Source: Eledone cirrhosa
Lineage: Eukaryota
DNA length: 64,000 bases
Reading direction: 5' to 3'
NCBI GenBank assembly: GCA_964016885.1
Contig: OZ024751.1
Coordinates: 45,942,001 to 46,006,000, forward strand
In this document: piece after piece, positions 27,101 to 42,100 of the stretch
Layout: each line of letters opens with the position of its first letter
Numbering within the stretch: position 1 is the first letter of the stretch
Position numbers and translations under genes: made by a program
Notes under the pieces: model-generated
Told to the model about the DNA's origin: nothing
Database searches by the model: none
Seen by the model: the letters and a program-made list of their open reading frames with translations, nothing else

Positions 27101-30100
27101 GTATGGAGTCCTCTATGACAATACAACTAACTGTAGAGTGTGTATGGAGTCCTCTATGAAAATATAAGTAACTGTAGGGTCTGTATGAAGTCCTCTATGA
27201 CAATACAACTAACTGTAGGGTGTGTATGGAGTCCTGTATGACAATACAACTAACTGTAGGCTGTGTATGGAGTCCTCCATGACAATACAACTAACTGTAG
27301 GCTGTGTATGGAGTCCTCTATGACAATACAACTAACTGTAGGCTGTGTATGGAGTCCTCTATGACAATACAAGTAACTGTAGGCTGTGTATGGAGTCCTC
27401 TATGACAATACGACTAACTGTAGGGTGTGTATGGAGTCCTCTATGACAATACAACTAACTGTAGGGTGTGTATGGAGTCCTCTATGACAATACACCTAAC
27501 TGTAGGCTGTGTATGGAGTCCTCCATGACAATACAACTAACTGTAGGCTGTGTATGGAGTCCTCTATGACAATACAACTAACTGTAGGCTGTGTATGGAG
27601 TCCTCCATGACAATACAACTAACTGTAGGCTGTGTATGGAGTCCTCTATGACAATACAACTAACTGTAGGCTGTGTATGGAGTCCTCTATGACAATACAC
27701 CTAACTGTAGGCTGTGTATGGAGTCCTCCATGACAATACAACTAACTGTAGGCTGTGTATGGAGTCCTCTATGACAATACAACTAACTGTAGGCTGTGTA
27801 TGGAGTCCTCTATGACAATACAACTAACTGTAGGCTGTGTATGGAGTCCTCTATGACAATACAACTAACTGTAGGCTGTGTATGGAGTCCTCTATGACAA
27901 TACAACTAACTGTAGGGTCTGTATGGAGTCCTCTATGACAATACAACTAACTGTAGGGTCTGTATGGAGTCCTCTATGACAATACAACTAACTGTAGGCT
28001 GTGTATGGAGTCCTCTATGGCAATACAACTAACTGTAGGCTGTGTATTGAGTCCTCTATGACGATAGAACTAACTGTAGGGTGTGTATGGTGTCCTCTAT
28101 GACAATACAACTAACTGTAGGCTGTGTATGGAGTCCTCTATGACAATACAACTAACTGTAGGCTGTGTATGGAGTCCTCTATGACAATACAACTAACTGT
28201 AGGCTGTGTATGGAGTCCTCTATGACAATACAACAAACTGTAGGCTGTGTATGGAGTCCTCTATGACAATACAACTAACTGTAGGGTGTGTAGGGAGTCC
28301 TCTATGACGATACAACTAACTGTAGGGTGTGTATGGAGTCCTCTATGACAATACAACTAACTGTAGGCTGTGTATGGAGTCCTCTATGACAATACAATTA
28401 ACTGTAGGGTGTGTATGGAGTCCTCTATGACAATACAACTAACTGTAGGGTGTGTATGGAGTCCTCTATGACAATACAACAAACTGTAGGCTGTGTATGG
28501 AGTTCTCTATGAAAACACATCTAACTGTAGGGTGTGTATGGAGTCCTCTATGGCAATACAACTAACTGTAGGCTGTGTATTGAGTCCTCTATGACAATAC
28601 AACTAACTGTAGGGTGTGTATGGAGTCGTCTATGACAATACAACAAACTGTAGGCTGTGTATGGAGTCCTCTATGAAAATACAACTAACTGTAGGGTGTG
28701 TATGGAGTCCTCTATGACAATACAACTAACTGTAGGGTGTGTATGGAGTCCTCTATGACAATACAACTAACTGTAGGGTCTGTATGGAGTCCTCTATGAC
28801 AATACAACTAACTGTAGGGTGTGTATGGAGTCCTCTATGACAATACAACTAACTGTAGGCTGTGTATGGAGTCCTCTATGACAATACAACTAACTGTAGG
28901 GTGTGTATGGAGTCCTCTATGACAATACAACTAACTGTAGGGTGTGTATGGAGTCCTCTATGACAATACAACTAACTGTAGGGTGTGTATGGAGTCCTCT
29001 ATGAAAATACAACTAACTGTAGGGTGTGTATGGAGTCCTCTATGACAATACAACTAACTGTAGGCTGTGTATGGAGTCCTCTATGACAATACAACTAACT
29101 GTAGGGTGTGTATGGAGTCCTCTATGACAATACAACTAACTGTAGGGTGTGTATGGAGTCCTCTATGACAATACAACTAACTGTAGGGTGTGTATGGAGT
29201 CCTCTATGACAATACAACTAACTGTAGGGTGTGTATGGAGTCCTCTATGACAATACAACTAACTGTAGGCTGTGTATGGAGTCCTCTATGACAATACAAC
29301 AAACTGTAGGCTGTGTATGGAGTCCTCTATGACAATACAACTAACTGTAGGCTGTGTATGGAGTCCTCTATGACAATACAACTAACTGTAGGCTGTGTAT
29401 GGAGTCCTCTATGAAAATACAACTAACTGTAGGGTGTGTATGGAGTCCTCTATGACAATACAACTAACTGTAGGCTGTGTATGGAGTCCTCTATGACAAT
29501 ACAACTAACTGTAGACTGTGTATGGAGTCCTCTATGGCAATACAACTAACTGTAGGCTGTGTATGGAGTCCTCTATGACAATACAACTAACTGTAGACTG
29601 TGTATGGAGTCCTCTATGACAATACAACTAACTGTAGACTGTGTATGGAGTCCTCTATGGCAATACAACTAACTGTAGGCTGTGTATGGAGTCCTCTATG
29701 ACAATACAACAAACTGTAGGCTGTGTATGGAGTCCTCTATGACAATACAACTAACTGTAGGGTCTGTATGGAGTCCTCTATGACAATACAACAAACTGTA
29801 GGCTGTGTATGGAGTCCTCTATGACAATACAACTAACTGTAGGGTGTGTATGGAGTCCTCTATAACAATACAACTAACTGTAGGGTGTGTATGGAGTCCT
29901 CTATGACAATACAACTAACTGTAGGCTGTGTATGGAGTCCTCTATGACAATACAACTAACTGTAGACTGTGTATGGAGTCCTCTATGGCAATACAACTAA
30001 CTGTAGGCTGTGTATGGAGTCCTCTATGACAATACAACTAACTGTAGGCTGTGTATGGAGTCCTCTATGACAATACACCTAACTGTAGGCTGTGTATGGA

Positions 30101-32226
30101 GTCCTCCATGACAATACAACTAACTGTAGGCTGTGTATGGAGTCCTCTATGACAATACAACTAACTGTAGGCTGTGTATGGAGTCCTCTATGACAATACA
30201 ACTAACTGTAGGCTGTGTATGGAGTCCTCTATGACAATACAACTAACTGTAGGCTGTGTATGGAGTCCTCTATGACAATACAACTAACTGTAGGGTCTGT
30301 ATGGAGTCCTCTATGACAATACAACTAACTGTAGGGTCTGTATGGAGTCCTCTATGACAATACAACTAACTGTAGGCTGTGTATGGAGTCCTCTATGGCA
30401 ATACAACTAACTGTAGGCTGTGTATTGAGTCCTCTATGACGATAGAACTAACTGTAGGGTGTGTATGGTGTCCTCTATGACAATACAACTAACTGTAGGC
30501 TGTGTATGGAGTCCTCTATGACAATACAACTAACTGTAGGCTGTGTATGGAGTCATCTATGACAATACAACTAACTGTAGGCTGTGTATGGAGTCCTCTA
30601 TGACAATACAACAAACTGTAGGCTGTGTATGGAGTCCTCTATGACAATACAACTAACTGTAGGGTGTGTAGGGAGTCCTCTATGACGATACAACTAACTG
30701 TAGGGTGTGTATGGAGTCCTCTATGACAATACAACTAACTGTAGGCTGTGTATGGAGTCCTCTATGACAATACAATTAACTGTAGGGTGTGTATGGAGTC
30801 CTCTATGACAATACAACTAACTGTAGGCTGTGTATGGAGTCCTCTATGACAATACAACAAACTGTAGGCTGTGTATGGAGTTCTCTATGAAAACACAACT
30901 AACTGTAGGGTGTGTATGGAGTCCTCTATGGCAATACAACTAACTGTAGGCTGTGTATTGAGTCCTCTATGACAATACAACTAACTGTAGGGTGTGTATG
31001 GAGTCCTCTATGACAATACAACAAACTGTAGGCTGTGTATGGAGTCCTCTATGAAAATACAACTAACTGTAGGGTGTGTATGGAGTCCTCTATGACAATA
31101 CAACTAACTGTAGGGTGTGTATGGAGTCCTCTATGACAATACAACTAACTGTAGGGTCTGTATGGAGTCCTCTATGACAATACAACTAACTGCAGGCTGT
31201 GTATGGAGTCCTCTATGACAATACAACTAACTGTAGGGTCTGTATGGAGTCCTCTATGACAATACAACTAACTGTAGGGTGTGTATGGAGTCCTCTATGA
31301 CAATACAACTAACTGTAGGGTGTGTATGGAGTCCTCTATGAAAATACAACTAACTGTAGGGTGTGTATGGAGTCCTCTATGACAATACAACTAACTGTAG
31401 GCTGTGTATGGAGTCCTCTATGACAATACAACTAACTGTAGGGTGTGTATGGAGTCCTCTATGACAATACAACTAACTGTAGGGTGTGTATGGAGTCCTC
31501 TATGACAATACAACTAACTGTAGGGTGTGTATGGAGTCCTCTATGACAATACAACTAACTGTAGGGTGTGTATGGAGTCCTCTATGACAATACAACTAAC
31601 TGTAGGCTGTGTATGGAGTCCTCTATGACAATACAACAAACTGTAGGCTGTGTATGGAGTCCTCTATGACAATACAACTAACTGTAGGCTGTGTATGGAG
31701 TCCTCTATGACAATACAACTAACTGTAGGCTGTGTATGGAGTCCTCTATGAAAATACAACTAACTGTAGGGTGTGTATGGAGTCCTCTATGACAATACAA
31801 CTAACTGTAGGCTGTGTATGGAGTCCTCTATGACAATACAACTAACTGTAGACTGTGTATGGAGTCCTCTATGGCAATACAACTAACTGTAGGCTGTGTA
31901 TGGAGTCCTCTATGACAATACAACTAACTGTAGACTGTGTATGGAGTCCTCTATGACAATACAACTAACTGTAGACTGTGTATGGAGTCCTCTATGGCAA
32001 TACAACTAACTGTAGGCTGTGTATGGAGTCCTCTATGACAATACAACAAACTGTAGGCTGTGTATGGAGTCCTCTATGACAATACAACTAACTGTAGGGT
32101 CTGTATGGAGTCCTCTATGACAATACAACAAACTGTAGGCTGTGTATGGAGTCCTCTATGACAATACAACTAACTGTAGGGTGTGTATGGAGTCCTCTAT
32201 AACAATACAACTAACTGTAGGGTGTG
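21157..32226. repeat. Duplicated block of about 4.9 kb (21157-26035 and 27348-32226; offset 151 units = 6,191 bp)
   Basis: TACGACT variant base at 21221/27412, TATGGTG units at 21895/28086 and 24273/30464, CTATAAC variant base at 26010/32201. One difference was seen (GGT at 25580 versus GGG in the second copy). Confidence 0.85.
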
Positions 32227-33169
32227 TATGGAGTCCTCTATGACAATACAACTAACTGTAGGCTGTGTATGGAGTCCTCTATAACAATACAACTAACTGT
32301 AGACTGTGTATGGAGTCCTCTATGGCAATACAACTAACTGTAGGCTGTGTATGGAGTCCTCTATGACAATACAACTAATTGTAGACTGTGTATGGAGTCC
32401 TCTATGACAATACAACTAACTGTAGGGTGTGTATGGAGTCCTCTATGACAATACAACTAACTGTAGGGTGTGTATGGAGTCCTCTATGACAATACAACTA
32501 ACTGTAGACTGTGTATGGAGTCCTCTATGGCAATACAACTAACTGTAGGCTGTGTATGGAGTCCTCTATGACAATACACCTAACTGTAGGCTGTGTATGG
32601 AGTCCTCTATGACAATACAACTAACTGTAGGCTGTGTATGGAGTCCTCTATGACAATACAACTAACTGTAGGCTGTGTATGGAGTCCTCTATGACAATAC
32701 AACTAACTGTAGGGTCTGTATGGAGTCCTCTATGACAATACAACTAACTGTAGGGTCTGTATGGAGTCCTCTATGACAATACAACTAACTGTAGGCTGTG
32801 TATGGAGTCCTCTATGGCAATACAACTAACTGTAGGCTGTGTATTGAGTCCTCTATGACGATAGAACTAACTGTAGGGTGTGTATGGTGTCCTCTATGAC
32901 AATACAACTAACTGTAGGCTGTGTATGGAGTCCTCTATGACAATACAACTAACTGTAGGCTGTGTATGGAGTCATCTATGACAATACAACTAACTGTAGG
33001 CTGTGTATGGAGTCCTCTATGACAATACAACAAACTGTAGGCTGTGTATGGAGTCCTCTATGACAATACAACTAACTGTAGGGTGTGTAGGGAGTCCTCT
33101 ATGACGATACAACTAACTGTAGGGTGTGTATGGAGTCCTCTATGACAATACAACTAACTGTAGGCTGTG

Positions 33170-36100
33170 TATGGAGTCCTCTATGACAATACAATTAACT
33201 GTAGGGTGTGTATGGAGTCCTCTATGACAATACAACTAACTGTAGGCTGTGTATGGAGTCCTCTATGACAATACAACAAACTGTAGGCTGTGTATGGAGT
33301 TCTCTATGAAAACACAACTAACTGTAGGGTGTGTATGGAGTCCTCTATGGCAATACAACTAACTGTAGGCTGTGTATTGAGTCCTCTATGACAATACAAC
33401 TAACTGTAGGGTGTGTATGGAGTCCTCTATGACAATACAACAAACTGTAGGCTGTGTATGGAGTCCTCTATGAAAATACAACTAACTGTAGGGTGTGTAT
33501 GGAGTCCTCTATGACAATACAACTAACTGTAGGGTGTGTATGGAGTCCTCTATGACAATACAACTAACTGTAGGGTCTGTATGGAGTCCTCTATGACAAT
33601 ACAACTAACTGCAGGCTGTGTATGGAGTCCTCTATGACAATACAACTAACTGTAGGGTCTGTATGGAGTCCTCTATGACAATACAACTAACTGTAGGGTG
33701 TGTATGGAGTCCTCTATGACAATACAACTAACTGTAGGGTGTGTATGGAGTCCTCTATGAAAATACAACTAACTGTAGGGTGTGTATGGAGTCCTCTATG
33801 ACAATACAACTAACTGTAGGCTGTGTATGGAGTCCTCTATGACAATACAACTAACTGTAGGGTGTGTATGGAGTCCTCTATGACAATACAACTAACTGTA
33901 GGGTGTGTATGGAGTCCTCTATGACAATACAACTAACTGTAGGGTGTGTATGGAGTCCTCTATGACAATACAACTAACTGTAGGGTGTGTATGGAGTCCT
34001 CTATGACAATACAACTAACTGTAGGCTGTGTATGGAGTCCTCTATGACAATACAACAAACTGTAGGCTGTGTATGGAGTCCTCTATGACAATACAACTAA
34101 CTGTAGGCTGTGTATGGAGTCCTCTATGACAATACAACTAACTGTAGGCTGTGTATGGAGTCCTCTATGAAAATACAACTAACTGTAGGGTGTGTATGGA
34201 GTCCTCTATGACAATACAACTAACTGTAGGCTGTGTATGGAGTCCTCTATGACAATACAACTAACTGTAGACTGTGTATGGAGTCCTCTATGGCAATACA
34301 ACTAACTGTAGGCTGTGTATGGAGTCCTCTATGACAATACAACTAACTGTAGACTGTGTATGGAGTCCTCTATGACAATACAACTAACTGTAGACTGTGT
34401 ATGGAGTCCTCTATGGCAATACAACTAACTGTAGGCTGTGTATGGAGTCCTCTATGACAATACAACAAACTGTAGGCTGTGTATGGAGTCCTCTATGACA
34501 ATACAACTAACTGTAGGGTCTGTATGGAGTCCTCTATGACAATACAACAAACTGTAGGCTGTGTATGGAGTCCTCTATGACAATACAACTAACTGTAGGG
34601 TGTGTATGGAGTCCTCTATAACAATACAACTAACTGTAGGGTGTGTATGGAGTCCTCTATGACAATACAACTAACTGTAGGCTGTGTATGGAGTCCTCTA
34701 TGACAATACAACTAACTGTAGACTGTGTATGGAGTCCTCTATGGCAATACAACTAACTGTAGGCTGTGTATGGAGTCCTCTATGACAATACAACTAATTG
34801 TAGACTGTGTATGGAGTCCTCTATGACAATACAACTAACTGTAGGGTGTGTATGGAGTCCTCTATGACAATACAACTAACTGTAGGGTGTGTATGGAGTC
34901 CTCTATGACAATACAACTAACTGTAGACTGTGTATGGAGTCCTCTATGGCAATACAACTAACTGTAGGCTGTGTATGGAGTCCTCTATGACAATACACCT
35001 AACTGTAGGCTGTGTATGGAGTCCTCTATGACAATACAACTAACTGTAGGCTGTGTATGGAGTCCTCTATGACAATACAACTAACTGTAGGGTGTGTATG
35101 GAGTCCTCTATGACAATACAACTAACTGTAGGGTGTGTATGGAGTCCTCTATGACAATACAACTAACTGTAGAGTGTGTATGGAGTCCTCTATGAAAATA
35201 TAAGTAACTGTAGGGTCTGTATGAAGTCCTCTATGACAATACAACTAACTGTAGGGTGTGTATGGAGTCCTGTATGACAATACAACTAACTGTAGGCTGT
35301 GTATGGAGTCCTCTATGAAAATACAACTACCTGTAGGGTCTGTATGGAGTCCTCTATGACAATACAACAAACTGTAGGCTGTGTATGGAGTCCTCTATGA
35401 CAATACAACTAACTGTAGGCTTTGTATGGAGTCCTCTATGGCAATACAACTAACTGTAGGCTGTGTATGGAGTCCTCTATGACAATACAACTAACTGTAG
35501 GGTGTGTATGGAGTCCACTATGACAATACAACTAACTGTAGGCTGTGTATGGAATCCTCTATGACAATACAACTAACTGTAGGCTGTGTATGGAGTCCTC
35601 TATGAAAATACAACTAACTGTAGGGTGTGTATGGAGTCCTCTATGACAATACAACTAACTGTACGCTGTGTATGGAGTCCTCTATGAAAATACAACTAAC
35701 TGTAGGGTGTGTATGGAGTCCTCTATGACAATACAACTAACTGTAGGGTGTGTATGGAGTCCTCTATGACAATACAACTAACTGTAGGCTGTGTGTGGAG
35801 TCCTCTATGACAATACAACTAACTGTAGCGTGTGTATGGAGTCCTCTATGACAATACAACTAACTGAAGGCTTTGTATGGAGTCCTCTATGGCAATACAA
35901 CTAACTGTAGGCTGTGTATGGAGTCCTCTATGACAATACAACTAACTGTAGGGTGTGTATGGAGTCCTCTATGACAATACAACTAACTGTAGGGTGTGTA
36001 TGGAGTCCTCTATGACAATACAACTAACTGTAGGGTGTGTATGGAGTCCTCTATGACAATACAACTAACTGTAGGGTGTGTATGGAGTCCTCTATGACAA

Positions 36101-39100
36101 TACAACTAACTGTAGGGTGTGTATGGAGTCCTCTATGACAATACAACTAACTGTAGGGTGTGTATGGAGTCCTCTATGACAATACAACTAACTGTACGCT
36201 GTGTATAGAGTCCTCTATGAAAATACAACTAACTGTAGGGTGTGTATGGAGTCCTCTATGACAATACAACTAACTGTAGGGTCTGTATGGAGTCCTCTAT
36301 GACAATACAACTAACTGTAGGCTGTGTATGGAGTCATCTATGACAATACACCTAACTGTAGGGTGTGTATGGAGTCCTCTATGGCAATACAACTAACTGT
36401 AGACTGTGTATGGAGTCCTCTATGACAATACAACTAACTGTAGGCTGTGTATGGAGTCCTCTATGACAATACAACTAACTGTACGCTGTGTATGGAGTCC
36501 TCTATGAGAATACAACTAACTGTAGGGTGTGTATGGAGTCCTCTATGGCAATACAAATAACTGTAGGCTGTGTATGGAATCCTCTATGACAATACAACTA
36601 ACTGTAGGTTGTGTATGGAGTCCTCTATGACAATACACCTAACTGTAGGGTGTGTATGGAGTCCTCTATGACAATACAACTAACTGTAGGGTGTGTATGG
36701 AGTCCTCTATGACAATACAACTAACTGTAGGCTGTGTATGGAGTCCTCTATGAAAATACAACTAACTGTAGGTTGTGTATGGAGTCCTCTATGACAATAC
36801 AACTAACTGTAGGCTGTGTATGGAGTCCTCTATGACAATACAACTAACTGTAGGTTGTGTATGGAGTCCTCTATGACAATACAACTAACTGTAGGCTGTG
36901 TATGGAGTCCTCTATGAAAATACAACTAACTGTAGACTGTGTATGGAGTCCTCTATGACAATACAACTAACTGTAGGGTGTGTATGGAGTCATCTATGAC
37001 AATACAACTAACTGTAGACTGTGTATGGAGTCCTCTATGACAATACAAGTAACTGTAGGCTGTGTATGGAGTCCTCTATGACAATACAACAAACTGTAGG
37101 CTGTGTATGGTGTCCTCTATGAAAATACAACTAACTGTAGGGTGTGTATGGAGTCCTCTATGGCAATACAACTAACTGTAGGCTGTGTATTGAGTCCTCT
37201 ATGACGATAGAACTAACTGTAGGGTGTGTATGGAGTCCTCTATGACAATACAACTAACTGTAGGCTGTGTATGGAGTCCTCTATGACAATACAACTAACT
37301 GTAGGGTGTGTATGGAGTCCTCTATGACAATACAACTAACTGTAGGGTGTGTATGGAGTCCTCTATGACAATACAACAAACTGTAGGCTGTGTATGGAGT
37401 CCTCTATGACAATACAACTAACTGTAGGGTGTGTATGGAGTCCTCTATGACAATACAACTAACTGTAGGGTGTGTATGGAGTCCTCTATGACAATACAAC
37501 AAACTGTAGGCTGTGTATGGAGTCCTCTATGAAAATACAACTAACTGTAGGGTGTGTATGGAGTCCTCTATGACAATACAACTAACTGTAGGGTGTGTAT
37601 GGAGTCCTCTATAACAATACAACTAACTGTAGGGTCTGTATGGAGTCCTCTATGACAATACAACTAACTGTAGGGTGTGTATGGAGTCCTCTATGACAAT
37701 ACAACTAACTGTAGGCTGTGTATGGAGTCCTCTATGACAATACAACTAACTGTAGGGTGTGTATGGAGTCCTCTATGAAAATACAACTAACTGTAGGCTG
37801 TGTATGGTGTCCTCTATGACAATACAACTAACTGTAGGGTGTGTATGGAGTCCTCTATGACAATACAACTAACTGTAGGCTGTGTATGGAATCCTCTATG
37901 ACAATACAACTAACTGTAGGCTGTGTATGGAGTCCTCTATGACAATACAACTAACTGTAGACTGTGTATGGAGTCCTCTATGACAATACAACTAACTGTA
38001 GGGTGTGTATGGAGTCCTCTATGACAATACAACAAACTGTAGGCTGTGTATGGAGTCCTCTATGACAATACAACAAACTGTAGGCTGTGTATGGAGTCCT
38101 CTATGAAAATACAACTAACTGTAGGGTGTGTATGGAGTCCTCTATGACAATACAACTAACTGTAGGCTGTGTATGGAGTCCTCTATGACAATACAATTAA
38201 CTGTAGGGTGTGTATGGAGTCCTCTATGACAATACAACTAACTGTAGGCTGTGTATGGAGTCCTCTATGACAATACAACAAACTGTAGGCTGTGTATGGA
38301 GTTCTCTATGAAAACACAACTAACTGTAGGGTGTGTATGGAGTCCTCTATGGCAATACAACTAACTGTAGGCTGTGTATTGAGTCCTCTATGACAATACA
38401 ACTAACTGTAGGGTGTGTATGGAGTCCTCTATGACAATACAACAAACTGTAGGCTGTGTATGGAGTCCTCTATGAAAATACAACTAACTGTAGGGTGTGT
38501 ATGGAGTCCTCTATGACAATACAACTAACTGTAGGGTGTGTATGGAGTCCTCTATGACAATACAACTAACTGTAGGGTCTGTATGGAGTCCTCTATGACA
38601 ATACAACTAACTGTAGGGTGTGTATGGAGTCCTCTATGACAATACAACTAACTGCAGGCTGTGTATGGAGTCCTCTATGACAATACAACTAACTGTAGGG
38701 TCTGTATGGAGTCCTCTATGACAATACAACTAACTGTAGGGTGTGTATGGAGTCCTCTATGACAATACAACTAACTGTAGGGTGTGTATGGAGTCCTCTA
38801 TGAAAATACAACTAACTGTAGGGTGTGTATGGAGTCCTCTATGACAATACAACTAACTGTAGGCTGTGTATGGAGTCCTCTATGACAATACAACTAACTG
38901 TAGGGTGTGTATGGAGTCCTCTATGACAATACAACTAACTGTAGGGTGTGTATGGAGTCCTCTATGACAATACAACTAACTGTAGGGTGTGTATGGAGTC
39001 CTCTATGACAATACAACTAACTGTAGGGTGTGTATGGAGTCCTCTATGACAATACAACTAACTGTAGGCTGTGTATGGAGTCCTCTATGACAATACAACA

Positions 39101-42100
39101 AACTGTAGGCTGTGTATGGAGTCCTCTATGACAATACAACTAACTGTAGGCTGTGTATGGAGTCCTCTATGACAATACAACTAACTGTAGGCTGTGTATG
39201 GAGTCCTCTATGAAAATACAACTAACTGTAGGGTGTGTATGGAGTCCTCTATGACAATACAACTAACTGTAGGCTGTGTATGGAGTCCTCTATGACAATA
39301 CAACTAACTGTAGACTGTGTATGGAGTCCTCTATGGCAATACAACTAACTGTAGGCTGTGTATGGAGTCCTCTATGACAATACAACTAACTGTAGACTGT
39401 GTATGGAGTCCTCTATGACAATACAACTAACTGTAGACTGTGTATGGAGTCCTCTATGGCAATACAACTAACTGTAGGCTGTGTATGGAGTCCTCTATGA
39501 CAATACAACAAACTGTAGGCTGTGTATGGAGTCCTCTATGACAATACAACTAACTGTAGGGTCTGTATGGAGTCCTCTATGACAATACAACAAACTGTAG
39601 GCTGTGTATGGAGTCCTCTATGACAATACAACTAACTGTAGGGTGTGTATGGAGTCCTCTATAACAATACAACTAACTGTAGGGTGTGTATGGAGTCCTC
39701 TATGACAATACAACTAACTGTAGGCTGTGTATGGAGTCCTCTATGACAATACAACTAACTGTAGACTGTGTATGGAGTCCTCTATGGCAATACAACTAAC
39801 TGTAGGCTGTGTATGGAGTCCTCTATGACAATACAACTAATTGTAGACTGTGTATGGAGTCCTCTATGACAATACAACTAACTGTAGGGTGTGTATGGAG
39901 TCCTCTATGACAATACAACTAACTGTAGGGTGTGTATGGAGTCCTCTATGACAATACAACTAACTGTAGACTGTGTATGGAGTCCTCTATGGCAATACAA
40001 CTAACTGTAGGCTGTGTATGGAGTCCTCTATGACAATACACCTAACTGTAGGCTGTGTATGGAGTCCTCTATGACAATACAACTAACTGTAGGCTGTGTA
40101 TGGAGTCCTCTATGACAATACAACTAACTGTAGGGTGTGTATGGAGTCCTCTATGACAATACAACTAACTGTAGGGTGTGTATGGAGTCCTCTATGACAA
40201 TACAACTAACTGTAGAGTGTGTATGGAGTCCTCTATGAAAATATAAGTAACTGTAGGGTCTGTATGAAGTCCTCTATGACAATACAACTAACTGTAGGGT
40301 GTGTATGGAGTCCTGTATGACAATACAACTAACTGTAGGCTGTGTATGGAGTCCTCTATGAAAATACAACTACCTGTAGGGTCTGTATGGAGTCCTCTAT
40401 GACAATACAACAAACTGTAGGCTGTGTATGGAGTCCTCTATGACAATACAACTAACTGTAGGCTTTGTATGGAGTCCTCTATGGCAATACAACTAACTGT
40501 AGGCTGTGTATGGAGTCCTCTATGACAATACAACTAACTGTAGGGTGTGTATGGAGTCCACTATGACAATACAACTAACTGTAGGCTGTGTATGGAATCC
40601 TCTATGACAATACAACTAACTGTAGGCTGTGTATGGAGTCCTCTATGAAAATACAACTAACTGTAGGGTGTGTATGGAGTCCTCTATGACAATACAACTA
40701 ACTGTACGCTGTGTATGGAGTCCTCTATGAAAATACAACTAACTGTAGGGTGTGTATGGAGTCCTCTATGACAATACAACTAACTGTAGGGTGTGTATGG
40801 AGTCCTCTATGACAATACAACTAACTGTAGGCTGTGTGTGGAGTCCTCTATGACAATACAACTAACTGTAGCGTGTGTATGGAGTCCTCTATGACAATAC
40901 AACTAACTGAAGGCTTTGTATGGAGTCCTCTATGGCAATACAACTAACTGTAGGCTGTGTATGGAGTCCTCTATGACAATACAACTAACTGTAGGGTGTG
41001 TATGGAGTCCTCTATGACAATACAACTAACTGTAGGGTGTGTATGGAGTCCTCTATGACAATACAACTAACTGTAGGGTGTGTATGGAGTCCTCTATGAC
41101 AATACAACTAACTGTAGGGTGTGTATGGAGTCCTCTATGACAATACAACTAACTGTAGGGTGTGTATGGAGTCCTCTATGACAATACAACTAACTGTAGG
41201 GTGTGTATGGAGTCCTCTATGACAATACAACTAACTGTACGCTGTGTATAGAGTCCTCTATGAAAATACAACTAACTGTAGGGTGTGTATGGAGTCCTCT
41301 ATGACAATACAACTAACTGTAGGGTCTGTATGGAGTCCTCTATGACAATACAACTAACTGTAGGCTGTGTATGGAGTCATCTATGACAATACACCTAACT
41401 GTAGGGTGTGTATGGAGTCCTCTATGGCAATACAACTAACTGTAGACTGTGTATGGAGTCCTCTATGACAATACAACTAACTGTAGGCTGTGTATGGAGT
41501 CCTCTATGACAATACAACTAACTGTACGCTGTGTATGGAGTCCTCTATGAGAATACAACTAACTGTAGGGTGTGTATGGAGTCCTCTATGGCAATACAAA
41601 TAACTGTAGGCTGTGTATGGAATCCTCTATGACAATACAACTAACTGTAGGTTGTGTATGGAGTCCTCTATGACAATACACCTAACTGTAGGGTGTGTAT
41701 GGAGTCCTCTATGACAATACAACTAACTGTAGGGTGTGTATGGAGTCCTCTATGACAATACAACTAACTGTAGGCTGTGTATGGAGTCCTCTATGAAAAT
41801 ACAACTAACTGTAGGTTGTGTATGGAGTCCTCTATGACAATACAACTAACTGTAGGCTGTGTATGGAGTCCTCTATGACAATACAACTAACTGTAGGTTG
41901 TGTATGGAGTCCTCTATGACAATACAACTAACTGTAGGCTGTGTATGGAGTCCTCTATGAAAATACAACTAACTGTAGACTGTGTATGGAGTCCTCTATG
42001 ACAATACAACTAACTGTAGGGTGTGTATGGAGTCATCTATGACAATACAACTAACTGTAGACTGTGTATGGAGTCCTCTATGACAATACAACTAACTGTA

